From an uncultured Chloroflexia bacterium (GTDB lineage Bacteria > Chloroflexota > Anaerolineae > CG2-30-64-16), in assembly GCA_963810095.1 (NCBI GenBank), contig CAWEMM010000006.1, positions 192,001-256,000 of the forward strand: a stretch of 64,000 nt of DNA. Direction: 5' to 3'. Made by a program: the position numbers and the translations under genes. Shown here piece by piece: positions 22,110-32,193 of the stretch. The notes beneath the pieces are model-generated. The model was not told the origin of the DNA. It worked only from the letters and a program-made list of their open reading frames with translations, and did no database searches. Every line of letters begins with the position of its first letter. Within the stretch, counting starts at the first letter, position 1.

Positions 22110-23753
22110 ATGATGACCGGCGCTGTCACCATCTATGACACCACACTGCGCGACGGGGCTCAGGGTGAGGGCGTCTCATTTTCGGTCGAAGACAAGCTGG
22201 CCATCGCGGAGCGCCTCGACGACGTGGGCATCCACTTCATTGAAGGTGGTTGGCCGGGGTCGAACGCCAAGGATGTGGAGTTCTTTCGCCGGGCGCGGTC
22301 ACTGTCGATGAAGCACGCCCAGTTGGCGGCTTTCGGCTCGACCCGCCGGGCCGGAACGACTTGCGATGCAGACAGCCAGGTTGCACTGCTGCTCGACGCT
22401 CAGACGCCGGTAGTCACGATCGTCGGGAAGAGCTGGGACCTGCACGTGCATCACGTGCTCGAGACTACCTTGGACGAAAACCTGTGCATGATCCGCGAGA
22501 CGGTGGCCTACCTGAAGGCGCACGGGCGGCAGGTTTTCTACGATGCGGAGCACTTCTTCGACGGGTACAAGGCAAACCCCCGCTACGCGCTCGCATGCGT
22601 GGCCGCCGCGCAGGAAGCGGGCGCGGACGTGATCGTGCTGTGCGAGACGAACGGCGGAGCCATGCCCTGGGAGGTCGAAGAGATCGTGGCCGCGACCGCC
22701 GTGTATCTGGGCGGCCTGCCGGGCGCGGCCGAGCTGGGCATTCACACGCATGACGACGCGGGCGTGGCAGTGGCCAATGCGCTGGCTGCAGTCCGGGCCG
22801 GCGCGACGCAGGTGCAAGGCACGCTGAACGGAATCGGCGAGCGGGTCGGCAACTGCAACCTGTGCACTGTCGTGCCCAACCTACAGCTCAAACTCGGCCT
22901 GCACTGCCTGGAGGCAGAACAGCTCGCGCGGCTGACGGAAATGTCGCGCTTCGCGTCTGAAACCGCCAACCTGGCACCGAACCCGCGGCAGCCTTACGTG
23001 GGCTCGAGCGCGTTCGCGCACAAGGGTGGCATCCACGTGGCCGCGGTGATGAAGGTCGAGCACAGCTACCAGCACATCGATCCGGTGCTGGTGGGCAACG
23101 AGCGCAGGGTGCTCGTCAGCGAGCTGTCGGGCCGCGGCAACCTGGTCTACAAAGCCCAGGAATTTGGCGTCGACGCGAGCAAGGAAGAGGTCCAGCAGGT
23201 GCTGGCCCAGATCAAGGAACTGGAGAACCGGGGTTTCTACTTCGAGGGTGCGGAGGCGTCAGTGGCCCTCATGCTGCATCGCCTCAAGGCCGGTTACTGC
23301 CGGCCCTTCGAGCTGGTGGACTTCATGGTGGTGGTGGAGCACCGGCAGGGCCGGGGCCTCCTGGCCGAGGCAAGCGTCAAGGTCAAGGTGGGTGACGAGA
23401 TCATGCACACGGCCGCAGAGGGTAACGGCCCCGTGAATGCGTTGGATAGGGCGCTGCGCAAAGCACTTATTCCCCATTATCCGCGCCTGGCCGACGTTTA
23501 CCTCGCCGACTACAAGGTGCGTATCCTCGACGGCGACGCAGCAACCGCTGCGACGACCCGTGTTATTATTGAGACCCGCAACGGTCATGGGGCGTGGAGC
23601 ACCGTGGGCAGCTCGCCCAACATCATCGACTCCTCCTGGCAGGCCCTGGCCGACAGCATGGAATACGCGCTTATTGGCGAGTCAGAGGACCGCAACACAA
23701 AGAGGCACCAAGACATCCGGAGAAGTTCTTTGTGTCTTTGGTCCTTTGTGTAA
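22110..23753 (+). CDS. cimA: Citramalate synthase
   Basis: [50 protein letters not shown]. Confidence 0.9.
   Translation: MMTGAVTIYDTTLRDGAQGEGVSFSVEDKLAIAERLDDVGIHFIEGGWPGSNAKDVEFFRRARSLSMKHAQLAAFGSTRRAGTTCDADSQVALLLDAQTPVVTIVGKSWDLHVHHVLETTLDENLCMIRETVAYLKAHGRQVFYDAEHFFDGYKANPRYALACVAAAQEAGADVIVLCETNGGAMPWEVEEIVAATAVYLGGLPGAAELGIHTHDDAGVAVANALAAVRAGATQVQGTLNGIGERVGNCNLCTVVPNLQLKLGLHCLEAEQLARLTEMSRFASETANLAPNPRQPYVGSSAFAHKGGIHVAAVMKVEHSYQHIDPVLVGNERRVLVSELSGRGNLVYKAQEFGVDASKEEVQQVLAQIKELENRGFYFEGAEASVALMLHRLKAGYCRPFELVDFMVVVEHRQGRGLLAEASVKVKVGDEIMHTAAEGNGPVNALDRALRKALIPHYPRLADVYLADYKVRILDGDAATAATTRVIIETRNGHGAWSTVGSSPNIIDSSWQALADSMEYALIGESEDRNTKRHQDIRRSSLCLWSFV
23693..23753. repeat. CACAAAGR-type element forming the cimA 3' end
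   Basis: CAACACAAAGAGGCACCAAGAC ... CTTTGTGTCTTTGGTCCTTTGTGTAA; translated as NTKRHQD..LCLWSFV-stop. Confidence 0.7.
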
Positions 23754-23766
23754 AGAAAGGACTTAC

Positions 23767-24858
23767 ATGCACGCGAAGATAACGGTGTTGGGCGGCGACG
23801 GCATTGGGCCGGATGTTGCCGCGGAGGGCGTGAAGGTGCTGAACTCGGTGGCCGAGAAGCACCGCCACTCGTTCGCCTTCGACCACTGCCTGATGGGCGG
23901 CATTTCCATCGACCAGTTCGGCACCGCACTGACCGACGCAACGCTCGAGCAGTGCCAGGCGAGCGACGCGGTGCTGCTGGGCGCCGTGGGTGGCCCCAAG
24001 TGGAGCGACCCGCGCGCCGCCGTCCGGCCCGAGCAGGGGCTGCTGCGCCTCCGGGCGGGCCTGGGCGTGTTCGCTAACCTCCGGCCGGTGAAGCTCTATC
24101 CCGCGTTGGCCGACGCCTCGACGCTCAAGCGCGAGGTGGTCGAGGGCATCGACATGGTCATCGTCCGCGAGCTGACGGGCGGCGCGTATTTCGGCCAGCC
24201 CCAGGGCCAGTGGGGCGAGGCGCCCGAGCGCTGGGCGGTGGATTCGATGCGTTACACCGAGGGCGAGATCGCCAGGCTCATGCGTGTGGCGTTTGACCTG
24301 GCGCGCATGCGGCGCAAAAAGGTGTCGTCGGCCGACAAGGCCAATGTCCTCGCCTCGTCGCGGCTTTGGCGCACGGTTGCGCACGAGGTCCATGCGGAGT
24401 ATCCTGACGTCGAACTCGAGGACGTGCTGGCGGATGCCTGCTCCATGTACCTCGTGCGCAACCCCCGGCAGTACGACGTCATCGCCACCGAGAACACCTT
24501 TGGCGACATCCTTTCCGACGAGGCGGCCATGTTAGCGGGCAGCATGGGCATGCTGCCGTCGGCCTCGCTGGGCGCGCCCAACCCGCAGGCCGGAGGCCGG
24601 CGCGCAGGGCTCTACGAGCCGATCCACGGCAGCGCGCCGGACATCGCGGGCCAGGGCATCGCCAACCCGCTGGCGACCATCCTGAGCTGCGCAATGCTGC
24701 TCCGCTGGTCGCTCAACCTCGCGAGCGAAGCAGATGCGGTGGAACGCGCGGTGGAAGAAGTCCTGGACGAGGGTTACCGCTGCCGCGATATCATGACGCC
24801 CGGCGGCAAATGCCTGTCCACGAGCGAAATGGGCTCGGCAGTGGCAGAAAAGATTTAA
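23767..24858 (+). CDS. leuB: 3-isopropylmalate dehydrogenase
   Basis: [43 protein letters not shown]. Confidence 0.96.
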   Translation: MHAKITVLGGDGIGPDVAAEGVKVLNSVAEKHRHSFAFDHCLMGGISIDQFGTALTDATLEQCQASDAVLLGAVGGPKWSDPRAAVRPEQGLLRLRAGLGVFANLRPVKLYPALADASTLKREVVEGIDMVIVRELTGGAYFGQPQGQWGEAPERWAVDSMRYTEGEIARLMRVAFDLARMRRKKVSSADKANVLASSRLWRTVAHEVHAEYPDVELEDVLADACSMYLVRNPRQYDVIATENTFGDILSDEAAMLAGSMGMLPSASLGAPNPQAGGRRAGLYEPIHGSAPDIAGQGIANPLATILSCAMLLRWSLNLASEADAVERAVEEVLDEGYRCRDIMTPGGKCLSTSEMGSAVAEKI

Positions 24859-24918
24859 CACAAAGACACAAGGGCACAAAGATATCTATGCTTTGTGCCT
24901 TGGTGTCTTTGTGTTGAA
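24855..24918. repeat. CACAAAGR-type element; contains the leuB TAA
   Basis: TTAACACAAAGACACAAGGGCACAAAG-atatctatg-CTTTGTGCCTTGGTGTCTTTGTGTTGAA. Confidence 0.85.
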
Positions 24919-24933
24919 AAAAGGAGTCATCAT

Positions 24934-26604
24934 ATGCGTTCTGATATGGTTAAGAAGGGGTTTGAGCGGGCGCCGCACCGGTCGCTCTTGCGGGCCACGG
25001 GCGTTCTGCGCAGCGAGGCGGATTTCGACAAGCCGTTCATCGCCATTGCCAACTCCTACACTGACATCATCCCCGGCCATGTGCACCTGAAGGAGTTCGG
25101 TGAGGTGGTGCGCCAGGCGGTGTGGGATGCCGGCGGCGTGCCGTTCATGTTCCATACCATCGGCGTCGACGACGGGATCGCGATGGGGCACGTGGGGATG
25201 AAGTACTCGCTGGCAAGCCGCGAGCTGATTGCGGATGCGGTCGAGACAATGATCTCCGCGCACTGGTTTGACGGCATGATCTGCATCCCCAACTGCGACA
25301 AGATCGTGCCTGGGATGCTCATGGCCGCCATGCGCGTCAACGTGCCGACTCTCTTTATCAGCGGGGGGCCGATGAAGGCCGGCGTGACGTCGTCGGGCCA
25401 GGTGGTCGACCTGTCGAGCGTCTTCGAGGCTGTGGGCGGACACCGGGCGGGCAAGGTCAGCATCGAGGAACTGACCGAGCTCGAGTCGGTGGCCTGCCCC
25501 ACCTGCGGGTCGTGCTCGGGCATGTTCACGGCCAACTCCATGAACTGCCTGTGCGAAGCGCTGGGCATGGCGCTGCCGGGCAACGGCACGATCCTCGCCG
25601 TGGACGAACGCCGGGCCGCGCTTGCGGCGCAAGCCGGGCGGCAGATCATGACCCTGATCGAAAAGAACATCTGCCCGCGCGACATCGTGACGGCCGAGGC
25701 GATCGACAATGCCTTTGCCCTGGACATGGCCATGGGCGGCTCGACGAACACGGTGCTGCACACGCTGGCGCTGGCGCGCGAGGCGGGCGTGGAATACCCG
25801 ATCAGCCGCCTGAACGAGGTGGCAGAAAGGGTGCCCAATATCTGCAAGGTGGCGCCTTCGTCGAACTATCATATCGAAGACGTCGACCGTGCTGGCGGCA
25901 TCTCGGCCATCCTCAACGAATTGCTCAAGCAGCCCGGCACCCTGCACGGCGAGGCACTCACCGTCACGGGCAAGACCCTGGCGGAGAACGTCGCGGGCGT
26001 TGAAAGCAGCGACAGGGCCTGCATTCGCCCGCTGGAAGACCCTTACAGCGCCCGGGGCGGGCTGACCGTGCTTTTCGGCAACCTGTGCCCTGACGGGGCC
26101 GTCGTCAAGACTGCGGCCGTCTTGCCCGAAATGATGCGGCATCGCGGACCTGCTGTCGTGTTCGATTCGCACGACGAGGCAAACGCGGGCATCCTGAGCG
26201 GCAAGGTGAAGGCGGGCGACGTCGTGGTGATCCGCTACGAAGGGCCGAAGGGTGGGCCCGGGATGCAGGAAATGCTGGCGCCGACCTCGAACATCATGGG
26301 GATGGGGCTGGGCACGTCGGTCGCGCTGATTACGGACGGCCGCTTCAGCGGCGCCACCCGCGGGGCGAGCATCGGGCATATTTCGCCAGAGGCCGCTGCG
26401 GGCGGACCGATCGGCCTGGTTCAGGACGGCGATATCATCGACATCGACATTCCGGGGCGCTCGTTATGCGTCGAAGTGACGGACGAAGAACTTGCCCGCC
26501 GCAAGGCGCAGTGGCAGCCGGTCAAGCGCGAGCTAACGGGCTGGCTCAAGCGCTACCAGGCCATGGTGACCTCGGGGAGCGAAGGCGCGGTGCTGCGGAT
26601 CTAG
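24934..26604 (+). CDS. ilvD: Dihydroxy-acid dehydratase
   Basis: [52 protein letters not shown]; AAGGAG RBS. Confidence 0.96.
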   Translation: MRSDMVKKGFERAPHRSLLRATGVLRSEADFDKPFIAIANSYTDIIPGHVHLKEFGEVVRQAVWDAGGVPFMFHTIGVDDGIAMGHVGMKYSLASRELIADAVETMISAHWFDGMICIPNCDKIVPGMLMAAMRVNVPTLFISGGPMKAGVTSSGQVVDLSSVFEAVGGHRAGKVSIEELTELESVACPTCGSCSGMFTANSMNCLCEALGMALPGNGTILAVDERRAALAAQAGRQIMTLIEKNICPRDIVTAEAIDNAFALDMAMGGSTNTVLHTLALAREAGVEYPISRLNEVAERVPNICKVAPSSNYHIEDVDRAGGISAILNELLKQPGTLHGEALTVTGKTLAENVAGVESSDRACIRPLEDPYSARGGLTVLFGNLCPDGAVVKTAAVLPEMMRHRGPAVVFDSHDEANAGILSGKVKAGDVVVIRYEGPKGGPGMQEMLAPTSNIMGMGLGTSVALITDGRFSGATRGASIGHISPEAAAGGPIGLVQDGDIIDIDIPGRSLCVEVTDEELARRKAQWQPVKRELTGWLKRYQAMVTSGSEGAVLRI

Positions 26605-26627
26605 CCCTTGTTTGTCAGGGAACATAC

Positions 26628-26699
26628 GGAGGGCGCAGTGCTGGTCCTCGAGAGGACAGCGTGTGTCTTTCCGCCCCTCCGCAGATCTCTGCGCCCTCC
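26628..26699. repeat. Inverted repeat between convergent ilvD and aspC
   Basis: GGAGGGCGCAG (26628-26638) / CTGCGCCCTCC (26689-26699). Confidence 0.55.
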
Positions 26700-26720
26700 T
26701 GCGCTCTTTCGGCAATGAAT

Positions 26721-27911
26721 CTACAGCACCGACGCGATTGCCTCGCACACGACGGGCAGGCTCGCCCTGGTCAGGCCCGCAACATTGATCCGCCCCGAGT
26801 CGACGATGTAGATCGAGTACTCGCTGCGCAGCCGCGCCACCTGGTCCTTCGTCAGCCCCGTATAGGAAAACATTCCGTTCTGGTCCCGCAGGCAGGAAAA
26901 GTCACGCGGCACTCCGCGCGCATGCAGTCCTTCCACGAACTCGCTGCGCAAGGCATGAATGCGGTCGCGCACGCCCGCGAGCTCCAACTCCCAGTCGGCG
27001 CGCAGCTCAGGCGAATTGAGGATGGTTGTTACGATCTTGGCGCCGTGCGCGGGCGGGTTCGAGTAGTTGCCCCGAATCACGATCTTCAACTGGCTCAGCG
27101 CGGCATCGGCTACCGCGGGCGCTTTCGTCACCACCGTCAGCGCCCCCGTCCGCTCGTTGTATAGCCCGAAGTTCTTGGAGTAAGAGGTTGCGATCAGCAT
27201 CTCAGGCAGGCGCTCGGCCAGGAGGCGGACGCCGGTCGCATCTTCGTCCAATCCGCGGCCAAAGCCCTGGTAGGCGAAGTCGACAAGCGGGATCGCGCCC
27301 AGGCGCTCTAGCAATGCGGCCACTTCCGCCCACTGGTCGGGCGACAAGTCCGCGCCCGTGGGATTGTGGCAGCTGCCGTGCAACAAGACGACGTCGCCCT
27401 GGCTGACGCGCGCCAGCCCGCTGCGCATCGCCTCGAAGTCGACGCAGTTGTGTTCGGCGTCAAAGTAGGGATAGCTTTCGACCTTAAGGCCGGCGTTGCG
27501 GAACAGCGGCGGGTGATTGGGCCAGGTCGGAGCACTCAGCCACACCGTGGTCGTCGGGCTGGCCTTGTGCATGAAGTCGCCTGCGACCCGCAGCGCCGCC
27601 GTGCCGCCCGGCGCCTGCACCGTAGTGGCGCGACGGTCCTTCAGGATTGGGCTGCCCTCGCCGAAGACCAGTTTCTGGACCGCCGCAGTGAACTCGGGCA
27701 GACCTGCCATCCCAAGATAGCTCTTGCTGATCTCGGTTTCCAAAATGTCGGCCTCGGCGCGCTTCACCGCACGAAAGATCGGCGTGTTGCCCGTGTCGTC
27801 GCGGTAGACGCCGGCTGCCAGGTTGATCTTGGCCGGGTTGGTGTCGCGCCTAAAGGCTTCTTCGAGGCCCAGGATCGGGTCGGGCGGTGCGACTTCGAGG
27901 TGGTCGAACAT
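26721..27911 (-). CDS. aspC: Aspartate/aromatic aminotransferase (class Ia)
   Basis: PPDPILGL, PTWPNH, HNPTGAD, DFAYQGF, SYSKNFGLYNERTG, GMFS, SGRINVAG. Confidence 0.93.
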   Translation of the reverse strand: MFDHLEVAPPDPILGLEEAFRRDTNPAKINLAAGVYRDDTGNTPIFRAVKRAEADILETEISKSYLGMAGLPEFTAAVQKLVFGEGSPILKDRRATTVQAPGGTAALRVAGDFMHKASPTTTVWLSAPTWPNHPPLFRNAGLKVESYPYFDAEHNCVDFEAMRSGLARVSQGDVVLLHGSCHNPTGADLSPDQWAEVAALLERLGAIPLVDFAYQGFGRGLDEDATGVRLLAERLPEMLIATSYSKNFGLYNERTGALTVVTKAPAVADAALSQLKIVIRGNYSNPPAHGAKIVTTILNSPELRADWELELAGVRDRIHALRSEFVEGLHARGVPRDFSCLRDQNGMFSYTGLTKDQVARLRSEYSIYIVDSGRINVAGLTRASLPVVCEAIASVL

Positions 27912-28057
27912 GTGAAACGAGCTCCTGACTAGAGAATGCCAGCAACGGGTTCCGGTGCTGAGGTTTGATGGATACAGCCACGATGCTGGGTGGAGCACAC
28001 CGTTGGTGCGGTTCAGATTCGATGCAGCCGCAATTATAGCCTACCGTCCATAAAGAC

Positions 28058-28092
28058 AAAAGCCCCCTGTCACTGAGGTGGCAGAGGGCTTG
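28058..28092 (-). terminator. Rho-independent terminator after dsrE
   Basis: Imperfect stem AAGCCCCCTGTCAC / GTGGCAGAGGGCTT with an A-run on the + strand (U-tract on the - strand). Confidence 0.65.
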
Positions 28093-28114
28093 CGGAGGCC
28101 GGCGGCATCCAGTA

Positions 28115-28690
28115 TCAGATGAAGATGATCTGGGCGCCCTCAGTCATGTCCATGAAGTCGCTCGCGGTGACGACGTCGATGACACCGTCGACGAAGTCTT
28201 CTTTCTTGAGGCCCATCATGTCGACGCTCATCTTGCAGGCATAGAGCTTGGCCCCGCCATCCACGAGCATCTGGAGGTATTCGCGCACGGGGGGCGCGCC
28301 GACGTCGGCGATCTTCTTGCGCATCAGGTTCGATGCGAACGCGGTCATGCCGGGCAGCACGCCCATGATGTTCGGGATGCCCAGGTTGCCCGTGTTCACG
28401 CCCATCATGCTCATCTTCATGCTGGTGTTGGCGACCGGGGCCAGCTCGAGGCTGTCGATCCGAGCCTTGTTGATGATGTCCATGCCCCAGAACGTGAAGA
28501 AAATCGTCACGTCGATACCGTTGCCCAGTGCGGCCCAACCCATGACAAGCGCCGGGTAGGCCATGTCGAGCGTACCTTTGGAGCAGATGAACGCGACATG
28601 GCGCGTTGCCTCTTCCGCCTTCGGGGTTGCGGGGGCCACCTCGGCTGTAATCTCTTCGGCGACCTCTGGTGCGACGAGTGTGGCGTCCAT
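28115..28690 (-). CDS. DsrE/DsrF/DrsH-like (DsrE2) sulfurtransferase
   Basis: ICSKGTLDMAYP, IFFTFWG, LYACKMSVDMMG, GAQIIFI. Confidence 0.87.
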   Translation of the reverse strand: MDATLVAPEVAEEITAEVAPATPKAEEATRHVAFICSKGTLDMAYPALVMGWAALGNGIDVTIFFTFWGMDIINKARIDSLELAPVANTSMKMSMMGVNTGNLGIPNIMGVLPGMTAFASNLMRKKIADVGAPPVREYLQMLVDGGAKLYACKMSVDMMGLKKEDFVDGVIDVVTASDFMDMTEGAQIIFI

Positions 28691-29013
28691 TATACACATC
28701 CTTCCGGCTTGCCCAGCCCGGCAATGCGGGCGACCTTCTTGGCAGGGCCCTTCGGGAACAGGCCGAAGAGTTCCTTCGTCTGCACCCCCGTGCCCGTCGT
28801 AATCTGGCGGAGCGTGGGCGACTTCCCACCGAGCTTATTCGATGCATCGCGACAATAGTCGATGACCTTCCAATGCGCGGGGGTCAGTGGGGCGATGCCC
28901 TCCTCTTTTGCGAGCTCCACGGCGATATCCTTGTTCCATTCGGCGGGATTCGTCATGAAGCCTTCGTCGTTGACCTGCACGGTCGAGCCGGCGATTGTCC
29001 TGGTTGCCATCAT
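28690..29013 (-). CDS. tusE: TusE/DsrC-family sulfur relay protein
   Basis: VNDEGF..W, LTPAHWKVI, LFPKGPAKKVARIAGLGKPEGCV (single C-terminal Cys). Confidence 0.87.
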   Translation of the reverse strand: MMATRTIAGSTVQVNDEGFMTNPAEWNKDIAVELAKEEGIAPLTPAHWKVIDYCRDASNKLGGKSPTLRQITTGTGVQTKELFGLFPKGPAKKVARIAGLGKPEGCV

Positions 29014-29071
29014 GTTCTCCTTGTTGGTCTTTCCCGGACCGCACGTCCGGGAGCATTAGCCGTAAGATCAG

Positions 29072-29779
29072 TTACTTCTTGCCACTGCCCTGCGCGCCGA
29101 CAACCTTGAGAATGCGCATCGTCAGGGCCAAGCCGCGCCGCACGTCGGGGTCGCGCATCTGTCCGAGCAATGCGGGCAGCGACGTGTTCACCGGCTTCGC
29201 AATTTCGACCTCGCTCTGCGCGACGATCGTCCGTACGAGGCTCATAATCTCAGGCTGCGTCATATCCTTGACGGTATTCAGGATCAGCACGACGTTATCG
29301 CCGAGGCGGCGCACGTCGTCTTCGGTGAAGGACGTGACCACGTTGTCGGCGAGCTGCATGCCGCCGCGGGCAAACGCAAAATACCCCTTGTGCTCCGCAG
29401 CCTGCAAAACGTCCACCGCCCTTGCGAAAGCCTCGTCGCCCAGCGGGACCACTGTCTCGACCAAGCCGGCTACGCTCTCGAGCTGGTCCAGAAGTCGTTC
29501 AAACGTCGGGCCATTCCGCAGCAGGCGCTTGAGCAAGCGCAGCAGATCCGCCAGGTCAACATACTCCTGCACTTCCTCGAATTGTTCTACAGCCAGCGCA
29601 AACGCTTCGTCGCCAACCCGCATCAGGTCGCCGGTCAGCTCAGCGCGCTCCTGGCGCTGTCGTTCGGCAAGCTGCGCCTGGTCGGTCAGGAACTGCACCT
29701 GTGCGGTCAGCAAGTCGAGCTTCCCGTTGAGTTCGGCCAGGGTCGGCCCCGCCGCTTCCAGAATGATGGTCTGATCCAT
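29072..29779 (-). CDS. DUF1641-like helical protein
   Basis: C-terminal LLGQMRDPDVRRGL motif; position beside sqr. Confidence 0.72.
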   Translation of the reverse strand: MDQTIILEAAGPTLAELNGKLDLLTAQVQFLTDQAQLAERQRQERAELTGDLMRVGDEAFALAVEQFEEVQEYVDLADLLRLLKRLLRNGPTFERLLDQLESVAGLVETVVPLGDEAFARAVDVLQAAEHKGYFAFARGGMQLADNVVTSFTEDDVRRLGDNVVLILNTVKDMTQPEIMSLVRTIVAQSEVEIAKPVNTSLPALLGQMRDPDVRRGLALTMRILKVVGAQGSGKK

Positions 29780-29794
29780 CAGGTTCCTCCCAAC

Positions 29795-31033
29795 CTAGCG
29801 CCACTTTCCCGACATGCTCATCTTCGCCGGCAACGGCAGCTCCGCGCCCTTAAGCAAGATGTTCCAGTACATCCAGCGGAACATCATCTTGCCCCAGTGG
29901 TTCATTTCCGACTCTTCGAGCAGCTTGAATGGGCCCACGCCGGGCAGAGGGTAGCGGCCGGGCAGCGGCTCGACGTCATAATTGAAGTCGATCAGCAGGC
30001 CCTTGCCGAAACCGGACTCGATGAAGCAGTTGGCGTGGCCGTCGAACCGGTGGTGCATCTCCAGTCCATCGACGTGACGAAGGAAGTTCTCCGCAAATAC
30101 GTCGACCGCAAAATGAGCCACCGAGCCGGCCTTAGAGGTGGGAATGGCAGCCGCATCGCCCAGCACGAAGATGTTGTCGTGATCCGGCGACAGGAAGGTG
30201 TGCTTGTCCACGGGCACGTAGTTCAGCCCGTCGCCCCCGTCCAGGCCCGACCGGCCGATGACCTCGTCGCCCTTGTTGAGGGGCACCGTTACCAACAGGT
30301 CGTACTCGAGTTCGCGCTCGTCGTAGGAGACCAGCTTCTTCTCGTCCGGGTTCACTTCCATCACCATGAACTCAGGCTCGACCTTGATATTCTTCTCGTC
30401 GAGGATATGGCTGAGTTGCTTCGAAGCGATGGGCTTTGTGAAGGCGCCCGGGAGCGGCGTCGCATAGATCAGCTCCACCCGGTCGCGGATCCCCTGCTCG
30501 TGGAAGAACCAATCGGCCAGCATGATGAACTCCAGCGGCGCGACCGGGCACTTGATGGGATTCTCCACGACGTTGACGACCAGCCGGCCGCCTTCCCAAT
30601 TGCGCAGATGCTTCTGCAGCGCCAGCGCACCCTCGACTGTATAGAAATCGAAGATCGACTTGTACCACTCGTGTTCCTGGAGTCCGGGTGTCTCCTCAGG
30701 GTGCGTACCCGCGCCCGTGGCGATGACGAGAAAATCGTACTCGAGGTAGCGGCCGTCTCTGGCCAACTTGACGCGCTTCTGGTCCGGTTCGATCACCTCG
30801 ATGGGAGACACGATGAGCTCGACGCCGCCCGGGATAAAGTCGCGTTTAGGTTTGATGACATCATTCTTCGTGTACATGTTGAAGGGGATAAACAAGAAAC
30901 CGGGCTGATAATAGTGGGTCTCATGTTGATCCACAATGGTGATTTTCCACTCGTCGGCGTCAAGCAGGCGACGCAGCTTGTTCACCACCATCGTGCCGGC
31001 CGTGCCGGCGCCGAGCACCAAGAGCTTCTTCAT
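29795..31033 (-). CDS. sqr: Sulfide:quinone oxidoreductase-like flavoprotein
   Basis: LGAGTAG, HYYQPGFL, KCPVAPLE, LGDA..PTSKAGSVA, DGHANCFIE. Confidence 0.85.
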   Translation of the reverse strand: MKKLLVLGAGTAGTMVVNKLRRLLDADEWKITIVDQHETHYYQPGFLFIPFNMYTKNDVIKPKRDFIPGGVELIVSPIEVIEPDQKRVKLARDGRYLEYDFLVIATGAGTHPEETPGLQEHEWYKSIFDFYTVEGALALQKHLRNWEGGRLVVNVVENPIKCPVAPLEFIMLADWFFHEQGIRDRVELIYATPLPGAFTKPIASKQLSHILDEKNIKVEPEFMVMEVNPDEKKLVSYDERELEYDLLVTVPLNKGDEVIGRSGLDGGDGLNYVPVDKHTFLSPDHDNIFVLGDAAAIPTSKAGSVAHFAVDVFAENFLRHVDGLEMHHRFDGHANCFIESGFGKGLLIDFNYDVEPLPGRYPLPGVGPFKLLEESEMNHWGKMMFRWMYWNILLKGAELPLPAKMSMSGKWR

Positions 31034-31066
31034 TCGACGACCTCCGCTGACCTCGTGGGGGATAGA

Positions 31067-31828
31067 CTATTCAGTGTGCGCCGCAGCGCGGTCGAGCACC
31101 ATGTGTGAGAAGACGTCGGCCATGCGCTGTACGAACCGCAGTGCTCGTTCTTGCGCGGCGCGATCCATGTGGAAGACGGCATCAGAATTGGCGGCGACAG
31201 TCTCAGACTGGACCCCGAACACCCCGGCCAGTTCGGCGGCCTGCTGGGTGCTGGGCGGCCAGGCGTCGGGGGCAATCCCGCCCACCACCACCATGCCCTT
31301 CAACTCGGCGCCGGCACGAATCAAGCCCCGCGCGCACAGCAGTCCCATTTCGCTCAGCGTGAACCTGGGTTCCAGTGCGACATGGCCGGCCATCTGCTGC
31401 CACGTGTGGATGCAGTGCTGCAGCCCTTCCGGGTTGCCATCCATTAGGGCCGTAAAGAAGCCGCACGGGTTGCTGATCCGCGTAACCGGGTTGCCTTGCA
31501 TGTCGGTGATGACCATCGTGACGCCAAGCATGTCGGCGAAGGTGTCCTGCACGGCTTGCGCGCAATCGACCGGCAGCACCTGCGCCAAGTCGCCCTCTTG
31601 CACCTGACCGTCGCCCGGAGCCTGTGTGGCCCGTGCTTCGGCTTGGACGGCGGGCAGGGCGCCGTAGCGGCCGTGTTGCAGCCAGTGCTCGACATCGGTG
31701 CGTGCGAAGCGCCACTGTTTACCCACGCGCATGGCAGGCAGCTGGCCGCCTTCGACCATCCGGTAGATGGTCGTCCTGTCGACCAGCAGTAACGCTTGCA
31801 CCTGTTTCGTCGTTAGTAATTCAGTCAT
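31067..31828 (-). CDS. Excisionase-type HTH + PocR sensory domain regulator
   Basis: LLTTKQV..TIYRM..GQLPAMRVGKQWRF; then ADMLGVTMVITDMQGNPVTRISNPCGFF..C..MGL. Confidence 0.8.
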   Translation of the reverse strand: MTELLTTKQVQALLLVDRTTIYRMVEGGQLPAMRVGKQWRFARTDVEHWLQHGRYGALPAVQAEARATQAPGDGQVQEGDLAQVLPVDCAQAVQDTFADMLGVTMVITDMQGNPVTRISNPCGFFTALMDGNPEGLQHCIHTWQQMAGHVALEPRFTLSEMGLLCARGLIRAGAELKGMVVVGGIAPDAWPPSTQQAAELAGVFGVQSETVAANSDAVFHMDRAAQERALRFVQRMADVFSHMVLDRAAAHTE

Positions 31829-31846
31829 GGCCGCCCTAAGCACGTC

Positions 31847-31868
31847 GTGTTCGTGAAATCACGAACAC
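31847..31868. promoter_or_regulatory. Perfect palindrome upstream of the HTH-PocR gene (putative operator)
   Basis: GTGTTCGTGA-AA-TCACGAACAC. Confidence 0.55.
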
Positions 31869-32193
31869 TTTGCATCAAAAACAACCGTATGTAACTGATC
31901 TTAATCATATTGCGCGCATCAGTTGCATCTCATAGCGCATGAGTCGCCGCATCCGGTGCATCAAAAGTTACTTTGTGACAGATCGAAGCCATGGAACACC
32001 CCGAGTACCGCGGCCGTCAGAAGGGTAGCACGGCGGGCGTCATTTAAATGCGGCGGCCGGCCTGTGTTATACTTGGGAAGCGCGTTTTAACGTGCTGGTC
32101 GTGCGGGGTCTTTGCACTCCCCGGCCCTGATGCTTCCCGTGCTTACCTCGGAGATACGACCTGGCGGGAAGAGACTAGAGAGGGACTATTACG

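Noticed and set aside
28690-29013. DsrC as evidence of dissimilatory sulfate reduction
   Set aside because: It lacks the second conserved C-terminal Cys and there is no dsrAB in the window; it is TusE-type.
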